Origin: an uncultured Spirochaetota bacterium
GTDB taxonomy: Bacteria > Spirochaetota > Brevinematia > Brevinematales > JAOACQ01
DNA: 64,000 bases
Assembly (NCBI GenBank): GCA_963768055.1
Contig: CAVYGN010000002.1
Location: 64,001 to 128,000, forward strand
Direction of reading: 5' to 3'
The notes beneath the pieces are model-generated. The model searched no databases, was not told the DNA's origin, and saw only the letters and a list, made by a program, of their open reading frames with translations. A program made the translations under genes and the position numbers. Position 1 is the stretch's first letter, and each line of letters opens with the position of its first letter. Shown here piece after piece: positions 18,419 through 27,390 of this stretch.

Positions 18419-18763
18419 ATGCATGAATATCCGGTCACTCAAAGGATCGTTAAAATCGCTGAAGAAGCCGCAAGGAACAACAGTGCCCGCAGAATAAAAC
18501 GGATCAATCTTGTCGTAGGCGAGCTTTCCGGTTTTATCGGCGGCTCCATCCGCATGTATTTCGAAGTTCTCTCCAGGGGAAGCATAGCCGAGGGCGCTGA
18601 AATAACCATCAGAACCGTCAAGCCGGAACTTAAATGTTCTGTATGCGGTAAAGTTTTTGTGAAGGAAGACCGTTCATTCGAGTGCCCCGCCTGCGGAGGC
18701 GAAGCGATACTTACGGATAAGGGCAGGGAATTTTACGTTGAAAGCGTGGACATAGAAACCTGA
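18419..18763 (+). CDS. hypA: hydrogenase maturation nickel metallochaperone HypA
   Basis: MHE N-terminus, two CxxC motifs (CSVC, CPAC), VGELSG and GREF. Confidence 0.95.
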   Translation: MHEYPVTQRIVKIAEEAARNNSARRIKRINLVVGELSGFIGGSIRMYFEVLSRGSIAEGAEITIRTVKPELKCSVCGKVFVKEDRSFECPACGGEAILTDKGREFYVESVDIET

Positions 18764-18795
18764 AATAATTTATATAAAACATTGGAGTTGGCAAT

Positions 18796-19452
18796 ATGGC
18801 GGAACAGAAACTGCAGGTAATGGAAGATATATTATCCGAGAATGGTAAAATCGCCCTTTCGGTCAGGAAAAAATTATCGGAAAAGCATGTGCTCGCCGTT
18901 AATGTAATGGGCGCTCCCGGCGCCGGGAAAACGTCAGTCCTTAAAAAAATAATATCAAGAATGCCGGGCCGTTCCTCAGTCATCGAGGGGGACGTCGAAT
19001 CGGATATCGACACCGTGGACCTTAAGAAATCAGGCATACAGGCTTTTCAGATCAACACTATGGGCGGGTGCCATCTTGACGCGCCTATGATCGAGGCCGC
19101 TTTAAACGATTTTGAAATTAGCGAAGGGGCTTACCTCTTCATAGAAAACATAGGAAACCTGATCTGCCCCGCCGAATTCGACATCGGGGAACATCTGAGA
19201 ATGATAATATGTTCCGCAGCTGACGGCAGCGACAAGCCTTACAAGTACCCGCTCGCATTCGAGAGGGCCGACGCCGTAATCGTCAACAAGGACGACCTTC
19301 TCCCGTTCGTCGATTTCGATCGGGAATTCTTTTTAAAGGGCGTCAGGAATCTCAATAAAAACACCGGCGTCTTCTTCACTTCATGCAAAAAGGACACCGG
19401 GTTTGAAGGGATTTTAGAGTTGCTAATTGCTGAAAAAAAGCGTTTGGTTTAA
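18796..19452 (+). CDS. hypB: hydrogenase nickel incorporation GTPase HypB
   Basis: GAPGAGKT, IEGD, GCHLDA, ENIGNLICPAEFDIGE, DKPYKYP and NKDD motifs. Confidence 0.95.
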   Translation: MAEQKLQVMEDILSENGKIALSVRKKLSEKHVLAVNVMGAPGAGKTSVLKKIISRMPGRSSVIEGDVESDIDTVDLKKSGIQAFQINTMGGCHLDAPMIEAALNDFEISEGAYLFIENIGNLICPAEFDIGEHLRMIICSAADGSDKPYKYPLAFERADAVIVNKDDLLPFVDFDREFFLKGVRNLNKNTGVFFTSCKKDTGFEGILELLIAEKKRLV

Positions 19453-19461
19453 GAGATAACT

Positions 19462-20221
19462 GGATCGGAACCACAGATTTCACAGAGATCACAGATTATA
19501 ATTTTTATAAAAATCAGTGAAATCTCTCAGAATTTTATAGTAACATAAATAAAACAGCATTACGTTCATAAATTATTGCTTTTTAATGGAAATTGGATTT
19601 TCAAGATGAGATTTAAGAATTTGAAAAGCATTGTCATATTTATTTTGCCATTCTTTAACTTTTATTTTCTTGGCATTACCATCTTTGTCATTTTCTTCAT
19701 GTTCAGTAATCCAATAATCGGTTAAAATATTGATTTTATCTTTTTTCAAACTCTTTTTTAATTTCATTATCTGTTCGAGATTTAAAAACATTGCAAGATC
19801 ATTAATACATCCCCATACTTCATCTTTCATGTTTTGAGATTTTCTTTCTATTAAAAATACTTCAAACAAAAGTGGCAATTCCAACAAGTAACATTAAAAA
19901 GCCAATTAAGTGCTCACCATTTTTAAGAAAATCGATCATAACTTATCCCTCCTAATAAATTTATTTTATATTCTATGAATTATTTGAATAGCATTTAATA
20001 TTCATTAATTTTTGAAAATATTTGGCAAATAGATAATTGTTAGCATAACTAATCACAATAAATATTAATTTAGTTAGGTATAATTTCCTAATAAGTTTTT
20101 AATTTTTCCTAAATTTATCAATCATTTCTTATAAGTGCATTTAAAAAAGAATTATATTTGCTTATAATTATGTATGGATTTCACAGATTATATCAGTGTA
20201 ATCAATGTAATCTGTGGTTTC
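19462..20221. repeat. inverted-repeat element with 9-bp-period arms (copy 2) enclosing AT-rich cargo
   Basis: Left arm GGATCGGAACCACAGATTTCACAGAGATCACAGATT; right arm ATCAGTGTAATCAATGTAATCTGTGGTTTC. Confidence 0.7.
19573..19939 (-). pseudogene. AT-rich degraded hypothetical gene
   Basis: AGGAGG RBS and ATG at 19939 give MIDFLKNGEHLIGFLMLLVGIATFV*. The downstream part (SQNMKDEVWG...KKQ*) is in another frame. Confidence 0.45.
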
Positions 20222-20227
20222 AACTCT

Positions 20228-21088
20228 TCAAATGTACCTTTTCATTAATTTCTGCAGTACGGCCATGTCGGGCTTCCTCCTGTAAAGAGGCTCACGGCTT
20301 TTTTTATAGACTTCAAGATTTTCCTCGAAAGGCTTTTTATCTTGATTCATATATAAAACTCCGAGGGGTTTAGGGTCCTCTTCGACCGCCCTCTTGAAAG
20401 CGGCGATCCTGTCCGCAGGATCGTAGGAATCCTCAAGATAGTATGTATGGGCCTTGAACCATTGGAATGTGTTTATCTTATTGAACGATACGCAGGGCTG
20501 GAAAATGTCGACAAGGGCCAGTCCCTTGAACTGTATGGCTTTTTTAATTATTTCCCTTGTTTTGTCAATATCGCCGGCAAAAGCCCTGGCAACGAAAGGA
20601 GCGTCCATGGAGATAGCCAGTGCGACAGGATTGACCGGCGACTCGAAAACCCCGAACACCTGCACCGGGGTATGCATCCCTATCTGCGATGTCGGCGAGG
20701 CCTGGCCCTTTGTCAGCCCATAAACCATATTGTCATGAACGATCAAAGTTATATCGGGATTGCGCCTCATAGCGTGTAATAAGTGGTTTCCCCCCTCGCC
20801 GTAAATATCCCCGTCGCCGCTTTCCGCAATGACGGTCAATTCAGGGTTAGAGGCTTTGATCGCTGTCGCCGGGGGAAGGGACCTTCCATGAAGCCCGTTA
20901 AAAAAATTCAGGTCGAGGTAGTGAGGCATCTTTGCCGCCTGTCCTATCCCCGAAACCATAACCGTTTTTCTCTTGTCGAGTCCGAGCTCGTTAAGAGCGC
21001 CTATCAGGGCCTTCCTGATGCCGAAATTACCGCAGCCAGGGCACCATGCTATATCCTCGACTTTGAGTTCGAAACTATCCCCGGTCAT
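20228..21088 (-). CDS. korB: 2-oxoacid:ferredoxin oxidoreductase beta subunit
   Basis: WCPGCGN, LHGR, TPP-binding GDGD...[15 protein letters not shown], and QPCVSFN. Confidence 0.9.
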   Translation of the reverse strand: MTGDSFELKVEDIAWCPGCGNFGIRKALIGALNELGLDKRKTVMVSGIGQAAKMPHYLDLNFFNGLHGRSLPPATAIKASNPELTVIAESGDGDIYGEGGNHLLHAMRRNPDITLIVHDNMVYGLTKGQASPTSQIGMHTPVQVFGVFESPVNPVALAISMDAPFVARAFAGDIDKTREIIKKAIQFKGLALVDIFQPCVSFNKINTFQWFKAHTYYLEDSYDPADRIAAFKRAVEEDPKPLGVLYMNQDKKPFEENLEVYKKSREPLYRRKPDMAVLQKLMKRYI

Positions 21089-21098
21089 ATCGCCCTCC

Positions 21099-22763
21099 TC
21101 ATTTTAACAAACCGCTTATACGCACGGCCAGTTCTTCAGTAGAAAAAGGCAGGCCGTCGTATTTCAGGACCTTGTTTTTTATTTCCATGCCGGTCCTCTG
21201 CTTCAAAAGGCCGGCAAACTGACCGGTCTCGTTATTCTCAACGCATATTATATTGTCAGCCTTCTTCAGGTATTCCTCCGCACCGGCAGGGACAGGAAAT
21301 ACCTGGGGAAACCGCAAATAAGCGGTTTTCTTACTCGATAGAACTGCCAGCGCCTCGTTAATCATCGGATAGGTGGACCCCCAGCCTATTACCAGGTTCT
21401 CATAGTCTTCAGGCCCTGTCAATAGAGGCTGAATGTCCTCTTTTTCCAGAATAAAGCCCTTCGAGATCCTTTTATCTGTCATTTTCACCCTGATGTCTAT
21501 GTTTTCTGTTATTAAGCCTTCCTCGTCATGTTCGTCGCTATCAACCCTGACAAGACCCTCGCCGAAACCCGGTATGCCCCGTGGTGAAAGAGAGCCTTTC
21601 TCCATTGAAAATCTCTTATATGAAGCGCCGGTTTTAATAAAGTAATTGGCAGGTTCTTTAGCCGGAATTTTAAATTCCCGGGTATTGTAATAAGAGTCGA
21701 CAAAAAACTGATCGGCAAGGATGACCACAGGCACCTGGTACCTGTCCGAGATATAAAAAGCCCTTGCAGTCAGGCTGAAAGCCTCATCAAGGTTTCCCGG
21801 CGCATATACGGCCCTCGGGAAGGAGCCGTGGCCCGCGTAAACGGCAAGGTTAAGATCGCCCTGTTCCGTCCGGGTGGGTTGTCCGGTAGCCGGACCCGGC
21901 CTTTGAGCTAAAAGTATTACCGCCGGAGATTCTATCATACCGCAGAGGCTGAAGGCCTCTATCATAAGGGCAAACCCTCCGCCTGAAGTGGTGACCAGGG
22001 CTTTCGCACCGGCATACCATGCCCCCAGAGCCATATTCAGGGCCCCGACCTCGTCCTCTATCTGTTCAACTATTATACCAGCCTCTCTGGAATAATCGGC
22101 CATTGCCGTTAAAACACCCGTCGAAGGCGACATCGGATAAGCGCATACATAATTGCACCCTCCCGCCAGGGCCCCGAGAGCTATGGCTTCAGCCCCGCTC
22201 AAGACCATTTCAGATGAAACCTTCAGGTCTTTTTCGATTTTTACAGGCAGCTCCGATTTCAGGTAAAGAGACCCCATTTTATACCCCTTGAGGGAGGCCT
22301 CCTTGTTCCCCTTCCTGATCTCATCGCTTTTACCTGTGAATTGCCTTTCTATAATCCCGGTCATAATAAGGCTGTCTATTTCAAGAAGCCCGCACACGAA
22401 TCCCGCAGCAGCGGAACTCGAGTAAATCGGGTTCCCGGCCTCGCGCGCTATACTATCGAAGGGGGCCCCTGTAATGACAAGAGTTTCAGGAGAAATCCTC
22501 TTTTTAACATGAGGGGCCGGTTCTTTCCCGAGGGCGATCAGAATGTCTATCCTGTCTATAAAAGCGCTGACCCTTTCCCTTGAAACCCTTATTTCGGTGG
22601 AGTTTGCCCCGCCCCTGATCCTCGACATGTATTCCTTGGTCGCGAAAAGATTGTAGCCGCCATTTTTCAGGGCCCTTGCAAGGACCGCCTCTATAGACTG
22701 GATCCCCTGCCCGGCTTCGCCTGCGAGGACTATCGATATATCGTCCCTGATCTCCCTTCGCAT
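21099..22763 (-). CDS. korA: 2-oxoacid:acceptor oxidoreductase alpha subunit (gamma-alpha fusion)
   Basis: GEAGQGI, SRIRGG, YPMSPS, TSGGG and [18 protein letters not shown]. The ATG at 22763 follows GGAGG. Confidence 0.9.
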   Translation of the reverse strand: MRREIRDDISIVLAGEAGQGIQSIEAVLARALKNGGYNLFATKEYMSRIRGGANSTEIRVSRERVSAFIDRIDILIALGKEPAPHVKKRISPETLVITGAPFDSIAREAGNPIYSSSAAAGFVCGLLEIDSLIMTGIIERQFTGKSDEIRKGNKEASLKGYKMGSLYLKSELPVKIEKDLKVSSEMVLSGAEAIALGALAGGCNYVCAYPMSPSTGVLTAMADYSREAGIIVEQIEDEVGALNMALGAWYAGAKALVTTSGGGFALMIEAFSLCGMIESPAVILLAQRPGPATGQPTRTEQGDLNLAVYAGHGSFPRAVYAPGNLDEAFSLTARAFYISDRYQVPVVILADQFFVDSYYNTREFKIPAKEPANYFIKTGASYKRFSMEKGSLSPRGIPGFGEGLVRVDSDEHDEEGLITENIDIRVKMTDKRISKGFILEKEDIQPLLTGPEDYENLVIGWGSTYPMINEALAVLSSKKTAYLRFPQVFPVPAGAEEYLKKADNIICVENNETGQFAGLLKQRTGMEIKNKVLKYDGLPFSTEELAVRISGLLK

Positions 22764-22926
22764 ATTGCCCTCCCCTGAAAAACATGATGGAATATAATAA
22801 AAAAACAAAAGATATGTCAATAGGAAATTGATTATTATTTGCGACGACAGGTAAATTTTATTATTCGAGGTTTCGAAAAGAAATCAGAATCTTATGAAGA
22901 AGAAGAAGGCAAAGTTATAATGTGTT

Positions 22927-24102
22927 TTATTTTTTCCCTTTAAGCACAAGGGCGTTTATACCTAGTTTTTTCAGTTCGTCGGAAACGCTCCTGGCCTCGG
23001 TGATCGAGCCGTAGTAGCCGATCTTTATCCTTATCCACTTTTTTCCTTTGACGATATTTTCCGTGGTGAAAACTTCATAGTTCTTCTTTTTTAAGATATC
23101 GTAAAGTTTCAGGGCAGCCGACTCGCTCGTAAAGGCTCCCGCCTGCACTATGTAAGAATTCCCGTTCTCTTCGGGGTTTGACTTTTCAACTATTACATTC
23201 AGCCTGTTTGTGTTCATCTCCGGTTTAATAAGAGCTTCGTTGCTTAAAATTGTATCCGGGTTCACCTCTTTTTCAGTGTAAACAGCATTCGACCCTGAAT
23301 TATCAAGAGCCGGGACCGGCGTTTTTAGAGACGACTCGTCCATGACAAATTCATCGGTGTTCTTCGGCAGGCCGGCTCCGGGTGTAAATGCATTAGTGTT
23401 GGACGCAGTCAGGTCGTTCTCGATAATTTTTTCCTCATAGGGTTCAATATTCAATATATTCGTAATAGGCACGGCGACATAGTTGGTCAGGATAAGCTGA
23501 TTTGTCGAAAACACCTCTACAATATTAGTCGTTACAACGATCTGGTATTTCTGGTTTCCGGCGTTGGAAGCGGTGGACAACGTCCCCTGACCCGGAAGAG
23601 GCAGAGCGCCGGGAAGGGTCGCGTTCGGATTAATAGCAAGGTTTGCGGAAGATGATATTGAGGCGGAAGAAGATGATGATGACGCCGATGAAACGTTCGT
23701 GACGGGGGGCTGCACTATGTCCACTACCTTGTTATCCCCGAGTTTCAAAAGGGTGATCCTCGCATAAACTGTTCCTTTCTTGAGAAAACCAAGATCGTCC
23801 GCGGCTTTTTTTGAAACTTCAAGTATATTGTTTCCGGTGTAAGGCCCCCGGTCGTTCACTGTAAGGGTGACTTTTCTTCCGTTCTCAAGGTTCTCAACGA
23901 CTATCACGGACCCGAAAGGAAAAATCCTGTGGGCGGCGGTCATTTTCTGCCCGTCATATATTTCACCGCTGGCGGTTTTTTTGCCCTCGTAATCATCGCC
24001 GAACCAGGATATGATGCCGTATTCGAATTTCTGGAACTGTGAATATACACTAGAAAAAGCGATAGAGACGAAAACGGCGAGAAAGATCAGCCTTTTGGCC
24101 AT
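22927..24102 (-). CDS. rlpA: septal ring lytic transglycosylase RlpA with C-terminal SPOR domain
   Basis: SWFG...GKKTASGE, TAAHR, VNDRGP; Ser-rich linker; SPOR motif YIVQAGAF. Confidence 0.9.
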   Translation of the reverse strand: MAKRLIFLAVFVSIAFSSVYSQFQKFEYGIISWFGDDYEGKKTASGEIYDGQKMTAAHRIFPFGSVIVVENLENGRKVTLTVNDRGPYTGNNILEVSKKAADDLGFLKKGTVYARITLLKLGDNKVVDIVQPPVTNVSSASSSSSSASISSSANLAINPNATLPGALPLPGQGTLSTASNAGNQKYQIVVTTNIVEVFSTNQLILTNYVAVPITNILNIEPYEEKIIENDLTASNTNAFTPGAGLPKNTDEFVMDESSLKTPVPALDNSGSNAVYTEKEVNPDTILSNEALIKPEMNTNRLNVIVEKSNPEENGNSYIVQAGAFTSESAALKLYDILKKKNYEVFTTENIVKGKKWIRIKIGYYGSITEARSVSDELKKLGINALVLKGKK

Positions 24103-24179
24103 GCTTTCCTCCGGAGAAAACTATTTATTTATCTTTAATTTTATCGGTATAAAATTTTAATTAATAAGCTTAAATGAAC

Positions 24180-24218
24180 TGTCATTTCGAGCTAAGAGCT
24201 TCGCTCCTCGAAATGATA
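24180..24218. repeat. REP-like palindrome
   Basis: TGTCATTTCGAG...CTCGAAATGATA stem with an internal GAGCTTCGCTC hairpin. Confidence 0.55.
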
Positions 24219-24260
24219 AGCTGCATTATATTTGATATTTCACAGAAAATTTATTATCCT

Positions 24261-24394
24261 AACTTAAGGACAGTCCCAATAACTATTATTGTAAATTTTG
24301 TTGAAATTATATCTTAGCATCCGGATCAGGAATGCCCATAAAGGGCAGTAATCTAAAAACCTCCTGCATTGGTTTTTAGAACTGCCCTTAAGTT
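24261..24394. mobile_element. MITE-like element with imperfect terminal inverted repeats
   Basis: Left end AACTTAAGGACAGTCCCAATAAC versus the reverse complement of the right end AACTTAAGGGCAGTTCTAAAAAC (19/23 match). A third, internal copy starts at 24341. No transposase. Confidence 0.45.
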
Positions 24395-24476
24395 TTAAGC
24401 CGGTAAATTAGATCGTCATACTATAAGGAATTTAATCATAAATCTTAAATACTACAAGAGCGGGAAGGCGGTTTTT

Positions 24477-25607
24477 ATGTATGTTGAATGCGGGGGTTCG
24501 CATTACGATATGGGCTTCAAGCAGGGCCAGTCCCTCAAATCCTCAATAAAAGAAGGTTTCGATAATCTGTTCGAATTCGATCCTATAAAAAAGGTCAGGC
24601 CTTTCTACATGAACAGCAGTTTCATCGCCGAAGCTGCGGGTATGATCGCTTATAATTTTCTCATGAGAAAAACGGATGAATTCGATCCTGACACATATCA
24701 AAGGATCAAAGGGATATCGGCCGGTTCGGAACTCCACCTGAACCTCTTCCTTTTTGCCCAGTTTTTCGAAAGCCTGATCTCTTCCCCTTATATGACAATG
24801 TCGGGATGTACGGGGGCGATCCTCGATTCCTCAAGGACGAAAATAAAAAAGAGCCTGCTGATCAAGAATTATGACCTCTTTTCCTTTCTGAGAATGACAA
24901 CATGCGTCAGGAAGAGCAGTCCCTCCGCAAGGCTTAAAAGCCTGGAGCTGATCATATCGCCGATGGCGGGAAGCCATATCGGATTAAATGAAGCAGGGCT
25001 GGCTATATCCTATAATTACGGGATGGAAAAGTCCCACTACAAGAAAAACCTTCCCCCGACCCTGATCTGCCAGTATGTCCTCGAGAATTTTTCAAGGACA
25101 AGGCAGGCCGTGGAATTCATCCGCGACATGGGCGCGTCTAATGGCGCCATTTTCTTTATTTTAGACGATTCCGGCGACGGGATTGTGATGGAAACCCTGG
25201 GTAAGAACTCCGCAATAAGGCCGATGAAGGACGGCATCGTTACGGCGTCGAACATGTTCCTCCATCCGGATATGATGAAATATAATTACAGGGACACCGA
25301 CAGGTACGATAGGATAATTTCGCCGCCTCACTATCATGGGATGCTAATAAACACGACAAACCGCATGCGATACCGGCGGATTTCAGAACTGCTCGACAGG
25401 CCTTTAAGGACCAGGTTTTCGACGATGTACCTGAAAAAGGTCCTTAAGGACCATAACGGCGAAGCCGAGGGAAACGACAATACTATCTGCAGGCATGATG
25501 AAGTCCTTTCGACGCTCGCGTCGGTCATACTGGATATCAAAGAAAGGAAAATGGAAGTAGCGACAGGGGAACCCTGCTGTAATATCTATCAAACCTACCG
25601 TCTTTGA
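24477..25607 (+). CDS. C45 family autoproteolytic acyltransferase/Ntn hydrolase
   Basis: GSHYDMGFKQG, GC(T) cleavage-site Cys, KNYD, GLNEAGL, ICRH and G-x-PC motifs. Confidence 0.85.
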   Translation: MYVECGGSHYDMGFKQGQSLKSSIKEGFDNLFEFDPIKKVRPFYMNSSFIAEAAGMIAYNFLMRKTDEFDPDTYQRIKGISAGSELHLNLFLFAQFFESLISSPYMTMSGCTGAILDSSRTKIKKSLLIKNYDLFSFLRMTTCVRKSSPSARLKSLELIISPMAGSHIGLNEAGLAISYNYGMEKSHYKKNLPPTLICQYVLENFSRTRQAVEFIRDMGASNGAIFFILDDSGDGIVMETLGKNSAIRPMKDGIVTASNMFLHPDMMKYNYRDTDRYDRIISPPHYHGMLINTTNRMRYRRISELLDRPLRTRFSTMYLKKVLKDHNGEAEGNDNTICRHDEVLSTLASVILDIKERKMEVATGEPCCNIYQTYRL

Positions 25608-26755
25608 CGGGCCTTTTTCGATTTTTTTGTGTCTTTAGGGTCTTTCCTCTTTTCATCCGAGCTCTGGTAAAAAGCCAGTTTCCAGGTGTCGTTCCTGTTT
25701 TTTACAGAAGGGGTCCTGTAAAGGTTTGGAGCGTTAAGGACGAATTTATTGAAGCTTTCGCTCGAGGTTTCAATGCGGGCTATGTTATAGATGTTGAATT
25801 TCCTTTCATTAGGGTTTTTAGCCTGCAGGCCCTTTGCGTCGAGGGCCGCCTTAAAATGATATGTGCGCCCGTTGTAAGTTACATCCGGTATGAACTTCCA
25901 GACCTCGGGATTAACGCTCCCGTCGGGATAACAAACCTTGTCGATCGTCGCGGCCCTGTAGCCGAGATAGGACTCGAACATTTCCATCGCCCTGCCTATC
26001 TCGAAAGATGCTCTTTCCCTGTCATGAAGCACATACCATGACATCTTAACATGGCTTACGGTATGGTTCACTATCTCGAATCCCAGGTCGAGGAGCCTGT
26101 TAAGTTTGTCCCTGACATATTGCGGCTGCATGAAGGGCGCATGCTCGAAAGTAACCGCAAAAGCCGCGTTAAGGCGGAAATCCGGATGGGTCTTTGCAAA
26201 ATCCATCATTATTCCAACCGCGCAATCGGGATCTATCACCGGATTGCCCTTTTCATCCAGGCCCTTGTAGTCGAACTGGCCGTAAGGGCCGTCGTCAAAA
26301 CTAAGGACGTAAAGTTTCGAGTCCGGAGGAATGCGTTCGAGAGATTTCAGCTGGCCTTTTTGAAGAGAGATGTATTCGTCCAAGGATATATTCCTGAAAC
26401 CGGCCTCATAAAGACTTTCGAGTTCATACCTGAATTCCGCCGATGTGACCAGGAAGCGTTCCATCCATGGGGCCTTCCTGATAACTCCCTTGCCGAAAAT
26501 TTCCCTGTCCATGTAAGGGGTATCTATCATATGGTACATCAGGATCGGGACCCTTCCGCCGATGCTGTCCAGCACGTCGTTGATGCTATAGTCGGGATAC
26601 TGGTTTAAATAGTCGCCCTCCTGGTCGAACTCCATGGAGGTAGAAGTCATCCAGCCGGAATCCGTAAAAAAATACAGGCTTATTCCCGCCAGAACAACGA
26701 AGCAAAAAATTATTATTATGATAAGGATACGGCTTCTGTTTTTTTTGGGGTCCAT
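25595..26755 (-). CDS. membrane-anchored polysaccharide deacetylase (CE4/NodB)
   Basis: N-terminal TM, VPILMYH, SFDDG, NHTVSH and YPDG. The ATG at 26755 follows GGAGG. Confidence 0.8.
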   Translation of the reverse strand: MDPKKNRSRILIIIIIFCFVVLAGISLYFFTDSGWMTSTSMEFDQEGDYLNQYPDYSINDVLDSIGGRVPILMYHMIDTPYMDREIFGKGVIRKAPWMERFLVTSAEFRYELESLYEAGFRNISLDEYISLQKGQLKSLERIPPDSKLYVLSFDDGPYGQFDYKGLDEKGNPVIDPDCAVGIMMDFAKTHPDFRLNAAFAVTFEHAPFMQPQYVRDKLNRLLDLGFEIVNHTVSHVKMSWYVLHDRERASFEIGRAMEMFESYLGYRAATIDKVCYPDGSVNPEVWKFIPDVTYNGRTYHFKAALDAKGLQAKNPNERKFNIYNIARIETSSESFNKFVLNAPNLYRTPSVKNRNDTWKLAFYQSSDEKRKDPKDTKKSKKARQRR

Positions 26756-26823
26756 CGAGACCTCCGATATTTGGAACATCCTTAATCAATAGTATCGGCC
26801 GGCCCGGCGATTTGATTTATTTT

Positions 26824-27390
26824 TTATTTTCTATTGATTATCACGTCGCCGTAAAGAAGCCTGTTGAAATTACTGAACTCCCGCACGGTTTCGGGAAAAT
26901 CGTTCGTCATTACAGACTGCAGGCCCGAAACCTTCCAGTAAACGTCCTTTGCAAGTTTGGAAGAGTCCTCGTTACCCCTTGTCTTCGACATCTCTGCCAG
27001 GGATATGCCGTAGCGTATAAGGGAAAGAAAATAAAATTTTCTCGATTTGAGACGGTTTTCCGGGAACAGGTATTTTTCTTCGGCGAGTTTGTAGTAGACA
27101 GATGCAAGGTTTAGTATACCCCGGTTGGAGTAAATATTACCGAGATTGAAATAAATATCGGCCTCATCGGGAAGGTAGCGCGAAGCCTCTTCGTAAAACT
27201 TAACGGCGCTCGCATAGCTTTTCTCCCTGTAAAACTGGTCGGCCCTGGCCTTAAGCCGGAGGCCGAGGATCTGTTTTGTGTCTATATCGTTTTCGAAATA
27301 GTATCCGTTAACATAAAGCTGTTTGCCGGCGGCCGCGGAAAATATTAATATTAAACTAAAGGCAGAACATATCAGAGACTTTCCAAACAT
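26824..27390 (-). CDS. exported tetratricopeptide-repeat protein
   Basis: Signal peptide and TPR YASAVKFYEEASRYLPDEADIYFNLGNIY. Overlaps the murC 3' end. Confidence 0.7.
   Translation of the reverse strand: MFGKSLICSAFSLILIFSAAAGKQLYVNGYYFENDIDTKQILGLRLKARADQFYREKSYASAVKFYEEASRYLPDEADIYFNLGNIYSNRGILNLASVYYKLAEEKYLFPENRLKSRKFYFLSLIRYGISLAEMSKTRGNEDSSKLAKDVYWKVSGLQSVMTNDFPETVREFSNFNRLLYGDVIINRK

Noticed and set aside
18407..18422. Sigma-54 site upstream of hypA (TGGCAG...TGC)
   Set aside because: GG-to-GC spacing is 11 rather than 10, and a perfect sigma-70 promoter is present.
19862..19864. TGA read as Trp or Sec (alternative genetic code)
   Set aside because: Many conserved genes here end at TGA at the expected length (hypA, pdxA, korB), and read-through soon hits further stops.
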